Shown here piece by piece: positions 36,901 to 48,020 of a stretch of DNA of 64,000 nucleotides. Origin of the DNA: Scyliorhinus canicula. Lineage: Eukaryota. The translations under genes and the position numbers were made by a program. The notes below the pieces were generated by a model that was given only the letters and a program-made list of their open reading frames with translations, ran no database searches and was not told the DNA's origin. How positions within the stretch are numbered: position 1 is the stretch's first letter; each line of letters opens with the position of its first letter. Location of the stretch: positions 31,610,322 to 31,674,321 of the forward strand of contig NC_052154.1 in the NCBI RefSeq assembly GCF_902713615.1, written 5' to 3'.

Positions 36901-39900
36901 AGATGCGGCCTGCAGCATACATTTAAGTAAACCCAGGAATAGGAAAGAAACTCCCAGATGCTCATTGAGATTCGCCAATTAAAGTGTGCAGCTTTGAGCT
37001 CTATTAATTACTATTCACAAGCGTATTCCTCTGCAGCCAGAATGATGGTGCACTGCTTATATAGACGGAGCACAGTAAGAAGTCTTACAACACCAGGTTA
37101 AAGTCCAACAGGTTTGTTTCAAACACAAGCTTTCGGAGTGCAGCTCCTTCCTCAGGTGAATGGAGAGGAATGTAGCAGAAACATTTATATAGACAAAGTC
37201 AGAGATGCTGGACAATGCTTGTAATGCGAGAATTTGCAGGTAATCAAATCATTACAGATCCAGGGAGAGGGATAATCACAGGTTAAAGAGGTGTGAATTG
37301 TCTCAACCCAGAACAGTTGGTAGGATTTAATGCGACATGAATCCAAGATTCTGGTTGAGGCCGCACTCATGCGTGCGGAACTTAGCTACAAGTTTTTGCT
37401 CAGCAATTCGGCGTTGTCACGTGTCCTGAAGACCGCCTTGGAGAACGCTTACCCGGAGATCAGAGGCTGAATGCCCTTGACTGCTGAAGTGTTCCCCGAT
37501 TGGAAGGGAACATTCCTGCCTGGTGATTGTCGCACGATGCCCGTTCATTCGTTGTCGCAGTGTCTGCATGGACTCGCCAATGTACCACGCTTCGGGGCAT
37601 CCTTTCCTGCAGCGTAAGAGGTAGACTACATTGGTCGAGTCGCACCAGTATGTGCCGCGTACCTGGTGGGTGGTGTTACCACGTGTAATGGTGGTATCCA
37701 AGTCGATAATCTGGCATGTCTTGCAGAGATTGCCCTGGCAGGGTTGTGTGGTATCGTGGTCGCTGTTCTGAAGGCTGGGTAATTTGCTGCAAACAATGGT
37801 TTGTTTGAGGTTGCGCGGTTGTTTGAAGGCCAGCAGTGGGGGTGTGGGGATGACCTTGGCAAGATGTTCATCTTCATTGATGACGTGTTGAAGGCTGCGA
37901 AGATGATGTCGTAGTTTCTCTGCCCCAGGAAAGTACTGGACGACGAAGGGTACTCTGTCAGTGGTGTCCCGTGTGTGTCTTCTGAGGAGGTCGGTGCGGT
38001 TTTTTGCTGTGGCGCGTTGGAACTGTCGATCGATGAGTCGAGCGCCATATCCCATTCGTACGAGAGCATCTTTCAGTATCTGTAGGTGTCTGTTATGCTC
38101 CTCCTCGTCTGAGCAGATCCTGTGTATACAGAGGGCTTGTCCATAGGGATGGCTTCTTTAATGTGTTTCGGGTGAAAGCTGGAGAAGTGAAGCAGCGTGA
38201 GATTGTCTGTGGGCCTGCGGTAAAGCGAAGTGCTAAGGTGCAGAAGAGGAGTTAAGACAGATTTTCTAACTGGCGATAGGTCGACATAGAACAGGCAGGA
38301 CAATGGAGTTAGGGTAGGGCAACGGAGTTAAGGTCAGGATGAGGTCAGCCATGATCAAATAGTGGAGCAGACCCGATGGGCCAAATGGCCTAATTCTGCT
38401 TCTACATCTTATGAACTAATGAACATGGACTGCCGTGGCTCAAGGCAACAGCTCCCCACTGTGTTCTCAAGGGCAATTAGGGACGGGCCTGTAATGCTGG
38501 CCTAGCCAGCAAGACCCAAATTCCATGACAGAATTCCTCTTGCAAATGTGCAGACTTATTTCCAGGTTAATGTGAAGGTGATCTTCAAATTTTCCTGTCA
38601 CTGCAACACTAATATCTAAAATGCCCTGTAAAAACTGTATCAGCACAGCTCCCACTTTCACATCCAAATCCAATTCTAACTCCAAATGTTCCTAGAACCT
38701 CAGCACCAAAAACCCTTTTCTCCCATATTCTTTTTTTAAAATTTGGAGTACCCAATTCATTTTTTTCAATTAAGGGGCAGATTAGCATGGCCAAACCACC
38801 TACATTGTACATCTTTGTGGGGGCAAAACCCACGCAAACACGGGGAGAATGTGTAAACTCCACACGGACAGTGACCCAGAGCCGGGATCGAACCTGGGAC
38901 CCCAGCACCGTGAGACAGCAGTGCAAACCACTGTGCCACCATGCTGCACTCTCTTCCATATTCTGTTGTAATTACCTAGCTGTGGACTTGTTGCAGCCGA
39001 GGTTCTATCTCAGGTTGTGCTTCTTCACAAAGTTGATAATATAAAAGTGTGCTTTAGAATATAACTTAGAAGTTACAACAGTAGAAAATAGGATATGTGC
39101 AATTAAAAGCTTGGCATCTATATACATTTAAAAAATGTTGGGCCCATGTTGAATGAAGAGATTACTAACTAGAAAGGCAAGATCATAAACAGCAAGTGCA
39201 GAAACTTAAACATGACTTTTTGGTGGAGACATGACATCTGCAAATATTTCAGAAAGGGTAGTTCAAAGAGTTGTTTTTGCTTCTGTGAGTTAGAGTTAAA
39301 TTAGTTTGGAAGCATTCACTGAGCCCTGAAAAGTTATAAAATCATGTCTTTCATCAGATCAGAGGGTAAATTGAGGGATAATTAACCAAAAGACATGTTT
39401 GAGGACATTCTGTTGTAGGCTACGTCACCATGGAATTATGTGGGTTGAGGGAGGGTTGGGGCTTAAGCTCGAGTTTGAAATTTTAAACTGGAAGCTTGCC
39501 CAGTTTCAAGCTAGTGGAACAATCTACAATAGAACATTACAGCGCAGTACAGGCCCTTCGGCCCTCGATGTTGCACCGACCTGTGAAACCGATCTGAAGC
39601 TCATCTACACTATTCCCTTATCATCCATATGTTTATCCAATGACCATTTAAATGCCCTTAATGTTGGCGAGTCCACTACTGTTACAGGCAGGGCATTCCA
39701 AGCCCATACTACTGAGTAAAGAAGGGTTCTCACAAGAGTCTTATGGCAAAGGAAAGCAATCAGCAGAATTGAGTACCGAGAAGGATACCAAACAATTGTA
39801 AAGTGTTACCTCAGCAAATAGCTGGAACATTGGGGAGAATAAGTTTATAGAGCTTGTTGCACTGAAGTCTTTTACATAGTGAAGTATTTTTGTTCAAAAT

Positions 39901-41319
39901 TCTGTGGTGTAATTCTATTGGGTAAAACAAGGTGTTTGAATTTCTCTTTAAATATCAATGGTTTCGAACCAGGGCTAAAAACAATCTCAGGTTGTTCTTC
40001 TTCACGATGTTGGTTCTTTAGAGCAAACTACTAAAATCTTTCAAAAGATTCTGCATAGAAAGCATGTTCATGCCTAACAAAAAAAATTCCATAAACAAGA
40101 AGCTAACAGGCATAATGGTCCACCCCTGATATGAAATATCAGCCCACCATTGTTTCATTGGCAGCTGCATCTATGTTGACATCCAGAGGACAAATCACCT
40201 TTATAATCATTGCCGGCAAAGCATGAATTGTATTTGAGAAACTCTTTCTGCATCCTCCTCAAATCTATTTGGAAAAAACTCCCAACTTCTTTCTCAAGGC
40301 ATATCCTGCAAACTTGCCTACTTCAAAAAGTACATGCAACAGCCAGGGGCCAGTTTAGCCAAGTTGGCAGAGCAGCTGGTTTAGGATGCAGAACCAGGCC
40401 AGTCCAATTCCCATACCAGCTGAGATGACCCACGAAGCCCCCATGTATTCTCAACCTTGTCCCTGGCCTGTGGTGATCTTCAGGTTAAATCACCACCAGT
40501 CAGCTCTGCCTCACAAAAGGGAAAAACAGCCTATCGGTCATCTGGGACTGTGGCGGATTTACTTTGTAACACAGGCTATTCGGCCCACCATGTCTGTACC
40601 AACTCTACAAGGATTCAAGAACTCAGTTAATCCCACTCCAACCTTCTCCCTACATTGTTTTCTGTGTAGATAATTTCCCCAATTTCATTTGGAAAGGGGA
40701 GGAAATTAAGCCGTTTACAGTCAAGTCCAACAAGCAGGGGGAGAGGGAGATGCTAGATGGATGAAACTCACCCCCCCTCCCTCCCTCTGTTTAGCGGTCA
40801 TAAATATTTCAGATGCCTCACCGTGGGCTCGGATCCCCCCGTGATCTGCAGCGGGGTCTGTGGCTTCACTTTGGTCTTTTCTGCAGGTGGAGTCTCTGCT
40901 GCCTCCGGCTGCAACAACAGACATCTCCGGGCAGAGGGCACCCGGTCCGCCCGCTGCGACCCAGCTCGCGGCTCACCGGCGTCGGGCGACTGGGGGCGGC
41001 CGCGCTTCCTCCCGCTGCTGCCGGGCGGAGAGCCGAGCGCAGGGCGGCGACTCCCAGGCCGCAGGCCAGCCCCGCCGAAAGCGCCTTGGGGCGGGGTGGC
41101 CAGGTCATTCGGGCGGGAGAGCCGCTCACCGCCCCCCTCAGGACTGGGGGTCGGGGACTCCCGGCTTCCAGCAGGCCTGTCCGAACCTTTTCTGGGCGAT
41201 AGCCTGGCAGCAATGACACCGCCACCCGGGGCTTCCACCTTCTGACGTTTGAGAGATCGCGGGCCCCGCGCCACATGTTTGGTCTGCGGGAAGAAGTCTG
41301 TGAGCCTGGGCTGGGCCAT
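21835..41319 (-). CDS. CDT1: DNA replication licensing factor Cdt1, complete gene: complement(join(21835..21998,25000..25201,27186..27326,27503..27691,29597..29700,33082..33227,34362..34556,34677..34903,35161..35247,40822..41319)), about 650 aa
   Basis: N-terminal PIP degron QPRLTDFF; geminin-binding region [41 protein letters not shown]; [12 protein letters not shown]; [19 protein letters not shown]; C-terminal winged helix [25 protein letters not shown]. All GT..AG with consistent phases. Confidence 0.96.
23440..24540 (+). mobile_element. Old CR1 3' fragment interrupted by a SINE (about 24001..24215)
   Basis: CR1 RT C-terminal sequence (GTTCAGAGAAGGTTTACTAGACT); the SINE is flanked by AAGATCCT. 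Confidence 0.7.
25000..25201 (-). CDS. CDT1: CDT1 exon 9
   Basis: [15 protein letters not shown]...[21 protein letters not shown]...SYRSGMVL; donor gtaatt. Confidence 0.96.
25387..26590 (-). mobile_element. CR1 LINE 3' fragment in CDT1 intron 8
   Basis: [31 protein letters not shown] and VPQGSVQG-like RT motifs. Confidence 0.85.
27186..27326 (-). CDS. CDT1: CDT1 exon 8
   Basis: [14 protein letters not shown]...[11 protein letters not shown]; donor gtaagc. Confidence 0.95.
27503..27691 (-). CDS. CDT1: CDT1 exon 7
   Basis: [32 protein letters not shown]...ARSMMTPK. Confidence 0.95.
29597..29700 (-). CDS. CDT1: CDT1 exon 6
   Basis: [34 protein letters not shown]; donor gtgagt. Confidence 0.93.
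30448..33018 (+). mobile_element. Internally deleted L1/Tx1-clade LINE (ORF1 + partial APE endonuclease + 3' end) with 12-bp TSD
   Basis: ORF1 motifs [26 protein letters not shown]; endonuclease motifs [38 protein letters not shown]; no RT; AATAAA plus A-rich tail; AAGTAGGACAGC at 30436..30447 and 33019..33030. Confidence 0.9.
30747..31145 (+). repeat. 19 perfect copies of a 21-bp unit CCAAGAGGCGAAACTGGAAGC inside L1 ORF1
   Basis: 399 bp = 19 x 21, directly visible. Confidence 0.97.
33082..33227 (-). CDS. CDT1: CDT1 exon 5
   Basis: [48 protein letters not shown]; donor gtaagt. Confidence 0.96.
33569..33993. mobile_element. Tail-to-tail SINE pair in CDT1 intron 4 (+ about 33569..33780, - about 33810..33993)
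   Basis: Same tRNA-SINE head and core in opposite orientations, separated by (TTA)n and poly-T. Confidence 0.82.
34362..34556 (-). CDS. CDT1: CDT1 exon 4
   Basis: [64 protein letters not shown]; donor gtgagt. Confidence 0.96.
34677..34903 (-). CDS. CDT1: CDT1 exon 3
   Basis: tttctttcag|[22 protein letters not shown]...SSAEE; donor gtgagg; phase fits the next exon. Confidence 0.88.
35161..35247 (-). CDS. CDT1: CDT1 exon 2 (putative, 87 nt, phase 0/0)
   Basis: catttag|[29 protein letters not shown]|gtacga; open and symmetric, and brings the count to 10 exons as in human; no recognisable homology. Confidence 0.6.
37069..38230 (-). mobile_element. Penelope-like element, 3' part with GIY-YIG endonuclease
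   Basis: ORF 37417..38055: [62 protein letters not shown]. Confidence 0.92.
37124..37158 (-). ncRNA. Minimal type I hammerhead ribozyme motif in the Penelope terminal repeat
   Basis: Minus strand reads CAC-CUGAGGA-A-GGAG cugca CUCC-GAAA-GC-UU-GUG: core boxes, stem II, stem I and palindromic AAGCUU in place of stem III. Confidence 0.75.
40822..41319 (-). CDS. CDT1: CDT1 exon 1
   Basis: [14 protein letters not shown]...TPSP...RKRGRP...ARRCLLL...EPT; donor ACG|gtgagg. Confidence 0.9.
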
Positions 41320-41340
41320 GGCCCCGGTGCGCGGGCAGAG

Positions 41341-41482
41341 CCCGGGATTCCCTCTGCCGCGGGCTGGACCGGGGATTCCCTCTGCCGCGGGCTGGACCGG
41401 GGATTCCCTCTGCCGCGGGCTGGACCGGGGATTCCCTCAGTGCCGCGAGCTGAGCCCGGGATTCCCTCAGTGCCGCGAGCTG
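41341..41482. repeat. GC-rich tandem repeat (3 x 28 bp + 2 x about 30 bp) just upstream of the CDT1 ATG
   Basis: Unit CCGGGGATTCCCTCTGCCGCGGGCTGGA; GATTC recurs at 41346, 41374, 41402, 41430 and 41460. Confidence 0.92.
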
Positions 41483-41541
41483 AACGTTCCAACCCGGTCT
41501 CTGTTACTTTGTCTCTGCCGGGATTACCCCAACTCCAAACC

Positions 41542-41662
41542 TTGGCGCCAAAATAACACGTGACCCTCCCCCGCCGGATGTCTCATTTCACTTCCGTCTG
41601 TCCCATCCCCTTTAATAAACCTGACCCCGCCCCTCTCGACACAAATTGGATCCTGTCCAATC
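41542..41662 (-). promoter_or_regulatory. CDT1 proximal promoter motifs
   Basis: E2F site TTGGCGCCAAAA 41542..41553, E-box CACGTG 41557..41562, ETS-like ACTTCCG 41590, GC box CCCCGCCCC near 41624, CCAAT/ATTGG near 41646..41661. CDT1 is a known E2F target. Confidence 0.7.
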
Positions 41663-41804
41663 CAACCCAACCCAAAGACATCCAAGAGCTCTTTCTAATC
41701 CCACCTTCCTGAATCCAGTCTGTAAACTCTGAGTTTACAGCATTTAAGGTGCAGATTTAAAAGATGAGGAGATGTTGGTATTGGACTGGGGTGAGCACAG
41801 TCAG

Positions 41805-41921
41805 AAGTCTTACAACACCAGGTTAAAGTCCAACAGGTTTGTTTCAAATCACTACAAGTGCTCCGAAAGCTAGTGATTTGAAACAAACCTGTTAAGACTT
41901 TAACCTGGTGTTGTAAGACTT
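41805..41921. repeat. Inverted repeat (about 50-bp arms, 16-nt loop) made of Penelope terminal sequence
   Basis: AAGTCTTACAACACCAGGTTAAAGTC..TCAAATCACTA / TAGTGATTTGA..GACTTTAACCTGGTGTTGTAAGACTT; same sequence as at about 37080 and 52280. Confidence 0.88.
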
Positions 41922-41929
41922 ATTACTTT

Positions 41930-42400
41930 TAAAAAGAGTTTAGGTTCTCTGCCTCCACCACCAATTCGGGCAGCGAATTCCAGACACCCACTACCCTCTG
42001 TATAAAAAGGTTGCTCCACACCGTCTGAATTTATCTGGATTCTATGTCCCCTAGTTATAGAATTCTCCGCCAAGGGAAACTATTTTCTCCTGTCCACTCT
42101 ATCTCTTCCCCTCATCATTTTGTACACCTCAATTAAGTCACCCCTCAGCCTTCTTTGTTCTAAGGAAAATAAGCCCAACCTATCCAATCTCTCCTTGTGG
42201 CTACACTTTTCAAGCCCTGGCAACATTCTTGTAAACCTCCTCTGCACTCTCTCCAGAGCAATTACATCCTTCCTGTAATGTGGTGACCAGAATTGCCCAC
42301 AGTGCTCCAGTTGTGGCCTCACCAGTGTTGTATACAATTCCAACATTATATCCTTACTTTTATATTCTGTACCTCTGCCAAATGCATGACCTCACACTTC
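41930..42400 (-). mobile_element. CR1 3' fragment
   Basis: [44 protein letters not shown]. Confidence 0.85.
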
Positions 42401-44471
42401 TGTAAATGTGATCTTTATTCAAATTCCTATTCTGGAGTCACCCTCCCCCAGCATCCCTTGTGCATTTTCAGGGTGTTCTGTTTTATTTCAGTGCTTTAAT
42501 TTTATCTCCTGAAAGATTTAACTGGTTTCTCTTTGATTTTGCAGTTTTGTCGATCTGTTTCTATTACTTTTAAAACATGTTTTGTTTAAATCCTAATTGC
42601 CATTGGATACAAACTGCCAATGTTCTCTAATATCTTTTTCCAATTCCAATATGCAGACTGAGTGGTCATGTGATGCTGTGGTTCCTTCAGAGGTCACATG
42701 TCTGGAGCGGGGGAGTTCTACCCAGAGCACAGGCGGAGTGGAAGCAGATGAGAGCTGCTCAGAGTGCTTAATAAACAATTGTTGTACTAAGTCCTTGGTT
42801 GCCAGTCATTGGAACCCAGCACTTCTACATGGTGCCAGGTGTTGGTAGTGTGGCACAAGGTCTTCGCCACGTGACCTGCTTGTGTTTGACGCAAACATTG
42901 CAGACAACTCTGAAAAGTTTGAAAAAGAGTTACGCATCTACTATGGTTTATCAGACAAATCTAAAAAGGTACAAGCTTGCACGTTACTAAATCTAGCGGG
43001 CTCGAGGCTGTCGGGAAGTTTGAATCTTTTGTCTTTCAAATGGAGGAGGCGAAGGGGGACCCCTAGATACTGTTACATAGATACATAGAAGACAGGAGCA
43101 GTAGGAGGTCTTTAGGCCCTTTGAGCCTGCTCCGCCATTTATCACGATCATGGCTGATCATCCAACTCAATAACCTAATCCTGCTTTTTCCGGCAAATCC
43201 TGCATTTGCCCCAAGTGCTATATCTAGCCGCCTCTTGAGTATGTTAAATGTTTGAGAGCATTTGCTTGCCAGTGAAGAACATAATACTCAACAGGCTCAC
43301 GTTTAACACTATAAACCAAATATTTGACAAATTGATACAGTCCAAAACTGCAACTTTAAGAATCTTAGCAAAATAATGTGCGTTTGGCACCCTTACCCTG
43401 AGTTAATCAGGGATTGCATAGTCTGTGGGGTCCACAGCAATGTTGTCTGCAAGCAACAGCTTTGTGAGAAATATTTAACATTGCAATCTGCATGCTAAAC
43501 TGTCCAGAAAAAAGCAGCAATGAGATCTGGTGGGGAAAACATTTTCTGCGATACGGGAAATGCTCTGCCCCAAATTCAGTTGCCCTCATCCTGAGAATAG
43601 CATGTTGGGATTCGTAAACACTGCATTAAATATGGGAAATGGAATCATTTTACAAAATGCTGCAGATCTAAACCACAGGAGCCTTCGTATGCCACCAACT
43701 ACATTGCAGCTGCTTATTCCACCAAGGGTTGGAGCATGAGCAAGATAAACTAAGTGAAGCTCAATCAGAGCAACCAACCCACTAAGCCTTCAACAACACT
43801 TGTGAGTCGGTCAACACCATTACAGAGAAGGGTGAGATCTTCGCTACCCTGAAGATTGTTTGCAGCAACGCAAAACTAAAAGTAACAAGGCATTGTCCAG
43901 GTAAATGCTGCAGGGACTAGATCCACATGCAGCACCAGATCCTAACACCCTGAAGGACCTTGTGGGCAATGGTGGACAAACCATCCGCACGGAAGGTGTG
44001 GCCACTCTCCATTACAAACAGGACAGCTTCCTGTTTCATCAGGTCGACCAGAACATGAGGCCACTGTTGGGACTTCGGGGTAGCATCACACTGGGGTTCA
44101 TCCACCTTGGTTAGGTGAACATGCTCTGCAACACCTGGCCCCAGAAATGAGAACGTACAAAGGTCTCTTCAACCGTGACATCATAGGTAAGCTACCAGTT
44201 GCATACCACATGAAGCTAGATGACTCGGTACCACCAACAGTCTGCGTTCTGAGAAGAGTACTCTTTGCTATGAAGCAGAAAGGAGTTAATGAGCTGCATT
44301 GACATTTAGTGCCATAATTCCCACAGACAAAGCCGCAGAATGGGTTTCAGATACGGTGGCTGCATAAAGAAAAACAGGATGGTCAGGATTTGCATTTACC
44401 CAGTCCACGGTTCTTAAATCTTAAACAAAGCGCTTCTCAGACCTCGTCATCCTATAAAGACAGTTGAACAG

Positions 44472-46380
44472 TTGGATTGGATTTGTTTATTGTTACATGT
44501 ACCGAGGTACAGTGAAAAGTGTTTTTCTGTGACCAGCTCAACAGATCATTAAGTACATGGGAAGAAAAGGGAATAAAAGAAAATACATAATAGGACAGCA
44601 CAAGGTATACAATGTAACTACATAAAGCACCGGCATCGGATGAAGCATACAGGGTGTAGTGTTACTGAGGTCAGTCCATAAGAGGGTCATTTAGAAGGTC
44701 TGGTCGTGTGTGTACAGGGAGTAGAGTAGGGGGCTAAGTACGCAGCCTTGCAGGGCCCCGGTATTGAGGACTATTGTGGAGGAGGTGTTGTTGTTCATTC
44801 TTACTGATTGTGGTCTGTTGGTCAGAAAATCGAGGATCCAGTTGCAGAGTGGAGAGCCAAGTCCCAGGTTTTGGAGCTTTGATATGAGCTTGGCTGGGAT
44901 TCTGGTGACAGCTCAAATGCCCAATGCAAAGAATTTCAGCATCCTGAATATTGGGAAATTGGGAAATGTGGGTTCTGGCAAATCCCGATGAAGAAACCTC
45001 TAAACTCACTACATTTATGTTTCCAAGGTAGATACTGTTTTCTCCGCATGCTTGTGGAATCTCCACTGGCAGCGAGGTCTTCCATTGGTGCAAGGAGCAA
45101 CTCGTTGGATTTAGATTTGGATTTATTGTCACGTGTACCGAGGTACAGTGAAACGTATTTTGCAGACATCCAGTAGATTATTCCATACATGAAAATCATA
45201 GAACATACGATAAATACACAATGTAAATGTATAGACATCAGGTGAAGCATATCATGTTTTGCACCATGCCACGAAGATCTCTATCTCCCTCCTGTACTCT
45301 GACTCATCGTTGTTTGTCACCTGACCCACTACGATCGTGTCGTCAGCAAACTTGCAGATAGAGTTGGAGCTGAATTGTGCCACACAGTCATGGGTGTATA
45401 AGGAGTATCATCTGGAGCTAAGTACACAGCCTTGTGGGGCCCCAGCATTGAGGATTATTGTGGAGGAGGTGTTGTTGTTTATCCTTACTGATTGTGGTCT
45501 ATGGGTCAGGACATCGAGGATCCAGTTGCAGAGGGTAGAGCAAAGTCCTAGGTTTGGAGGTTGGATATGAGCTTGGCTGGGATTATGGCATTGAAGGTGG
45601 AGCTGTAGTCAATAAATAGGAGTCTGATGCTCCAGGAATGAGTGTAGGGGCAGGGAGATGGCATCTGCTGTGGACCGAATGTGGAGGTATGCAAATTGCA
45701 GTGGATCGAGGCATTCTGGGAGTATGGAGTTGATGTTTCTCATGACCAACCTCTCGAAGCACTTCATAATGACAGATGTCAAGGCTACCGGATGGTAGTT
45801 GCTGAGGCACATTGCCTTGTTCCTCTTTGGCACTGGTATGATGGTCTTCTTGAAGCAGGTAGGGACCTCGGAAGGGAGTAGGGAGAGGTTGAAGATGTCT
45901 GCGAACACACCAGCCAGTTGGTCCATGCAGGATCTGAGTGCATGAGCTGGGACAGCGTCGGGACCCGTTGCATTCCATGGGTTCATTTTCAAGAAGGCCG
46001 ATCTGACTTCTGAGGCTGTGATGGTGGATATGGGTGTGTCCGAGGCTGCTGGGGCAGTTGACAACGGTTTGCTGGCTTCCTGCTCGAAACGAGCATAGAA
46101 TACATTGAGTTCATCGGGGAGGGGTGCGCTGTTGCCGGAGATTCCACTCATCTTTGTCTTGTAGCCAGTTATGTTGTTTAAGCCTTGCCATAACCGATGA
46201 GGGTCCGTGTCGTTAGTCTGTGACTTTAGTTTAGTCTCGTATTGTCTCTTGGTGCCCCTGATGGCTTTGCGGAGGTCATACCTAGATTTCTTGGATAGGT
46301 CAGGGTCACTTGTTTTGAACGCCTTAGATCTGGACTTCAGTAGGGAGTGGATCTCCCGGTTAAACCATGGCTTCCGCTTG
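44472..46380 (-). mobile_element. Rex1/Babar-type LINE fragments (about 44472..44905 and 45105..46380) inserted in the Gypsy RT
   Basis: KPWFNREIHSLLK..ATGPD..LAGVFADIFNLSL..IIPVPK..PVALTSVIMKCFERLV..LDPLQFAY..RSTADAI; microsatellite-like 3' tails. Confidence 0.85.
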
Positions 46381-47358
46381 TGGTACACAGGCCAACCCTG
46401 CAAAATCATCATCAATGACATTCTGTTTTGGGGTCATACTATGCAGGAACATGCTGCTCTCGTTCTTGACAGAAACGGGATCATACAGCTAAAACCTAAA
46501 CCTGCTACATGCACTTTCAGCATCAACCAAGTTTCCTTACGGCTGATAGTGTGAAACCAGATCCAAACAAGACGCCGGCTGTATGACAGATGGCCATTCC
46601 TATGCAGTGCTTCCTTGGTGTGATGAATTATCTTTCCAAGTTCATTGCTCGTTATAATGAGGTCACTGGACCTCTTCATCAGCTCCTGCATCAGGACATC
46701 GAATGGTGTTGGCACAAGCCAACACACTGAAACAGGCATGCTCAGCCCCGCTGGTGCTGCAGTACTTTGATGTTCGAGCACCCGTACTCCTATCAAGAGA
46801 CACCTTCCAGTACAGACTTGGCATAGTCTGCATCCAGAATGGCAGACCAGTAGTTTTTGCATCAAAGGCCCTCACTGACACTGAAACTAGTTATGCCCAG
46901 CTCGAGAAAAACTCCTCACTCTAGTTTTTGCCTGTTAGAAATTCCATGACTTAATCTCTGGCCATCCTGTAACTGTTGAAACTGAACATCAGCCACCTCT
47001 TAAAAAGCTCCTTCACACTGCGTCTGCATGGCTGCAACACATGATGCTAAAGCTGAAACACCACAATCTCAGTGTCCTCTTCAAATATGGTAAGGAGCTC
47101 TGTCTGGTTACCCTTTCCCAGAGCCTTCCTACCCACTACAGACCAGGCAGATTGTTATCATGGCTCCTGTTAGAAGCCCTTCAGACTCTGGCTGAATATC
47201 GTCAATCAGCTGCTTCATCTCAGTTGTTTCAGCATCTTCCTTTTCTTCAGACAAGAATGCTCTGCTTTTAAAATATTATTATTATTTTTTTCCCCAACCT
47301 GCTGGGAATGAAAACTGTCTTAATCTATAGTCTTAAAAACACAAGGATTGCCAGATCA

Positions 47359-48020
47359 GGGGCGGGATTCTCTAAGCCCGGGGCCAGGCCAGAGAATCCC
47401 CACGACCGGCGCGAATCGCGCTATGCTGCCCCGACACTGGCACGCCATTGGCGCCGGTGTGGTTGGCACGGTGCTGGTCGGGGGCTGCTCTACGCGGTTG
47501 GCCCACCGATTCTTGGCCTGGGATGGGCCAAGTGGCCGTCGTAAAAACTCAGAGAGTCCCGCCGGCGCCATCTACACCTGCTCTCGGGTGGCGGAAACTC
47601 GGCGTGGAAGGGTCGGGGACGGCCTATGGGGGGGAGGGTGTCCACCCTGGGGGGGCCTCCGATGTGGCCTGGCCCGTGATCGGGGCCCACCGATCGGCGG
47701 GCAGCCTCTCTGGCTGGGGGCCTCCTTTCTTGCACGCTGGCCCCTGTAGTCCTGCGCCATGTTGCACAGGGCCGGCGTGTTGAAGGAAGCCAGTGCGCAT
47801 GTGCACGTTGGTGCCAGTGCCACTGCGCATGCGCGGATCCCGCAGAGCCCAGTTTGCGCCGGGATCAGCAGCTGGAGCAGCGTGAACCGCTCCAGTGCCG
47901 TGCTGGCCCCCTATAGGGGCCAGAATTTCTGATCCTGAGGCCGTGTTGACGCCGTCGAGAAACGCAACGGTGTTTCAAACGGCGTCAACACTTAGTCTCA
48001 GGATCACAGAATCCCGCCCC
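47359..48020. mobile_element. CpG-rich MITE
   Basis: Perfect 13-bp TIR GGGGCGGGATTCT / AGAATCCCGCCCC; TGCGCATGCGC core. Confidence 0.8.

Noticed and set aside
40866-41492. 208-aa minus-strand ORF overlapping the CDT1 start
   Set aside because: Non-ATG start; it runs through the GC-rich tandem repeat in an alternative frame.
46678-46690. ATCAGCTCCTGCA shared between the Gypsy pol and the 37-bp minisatellite unit
   Set aside because: Only 13 bp with no flanking similarity; compatible with chance.
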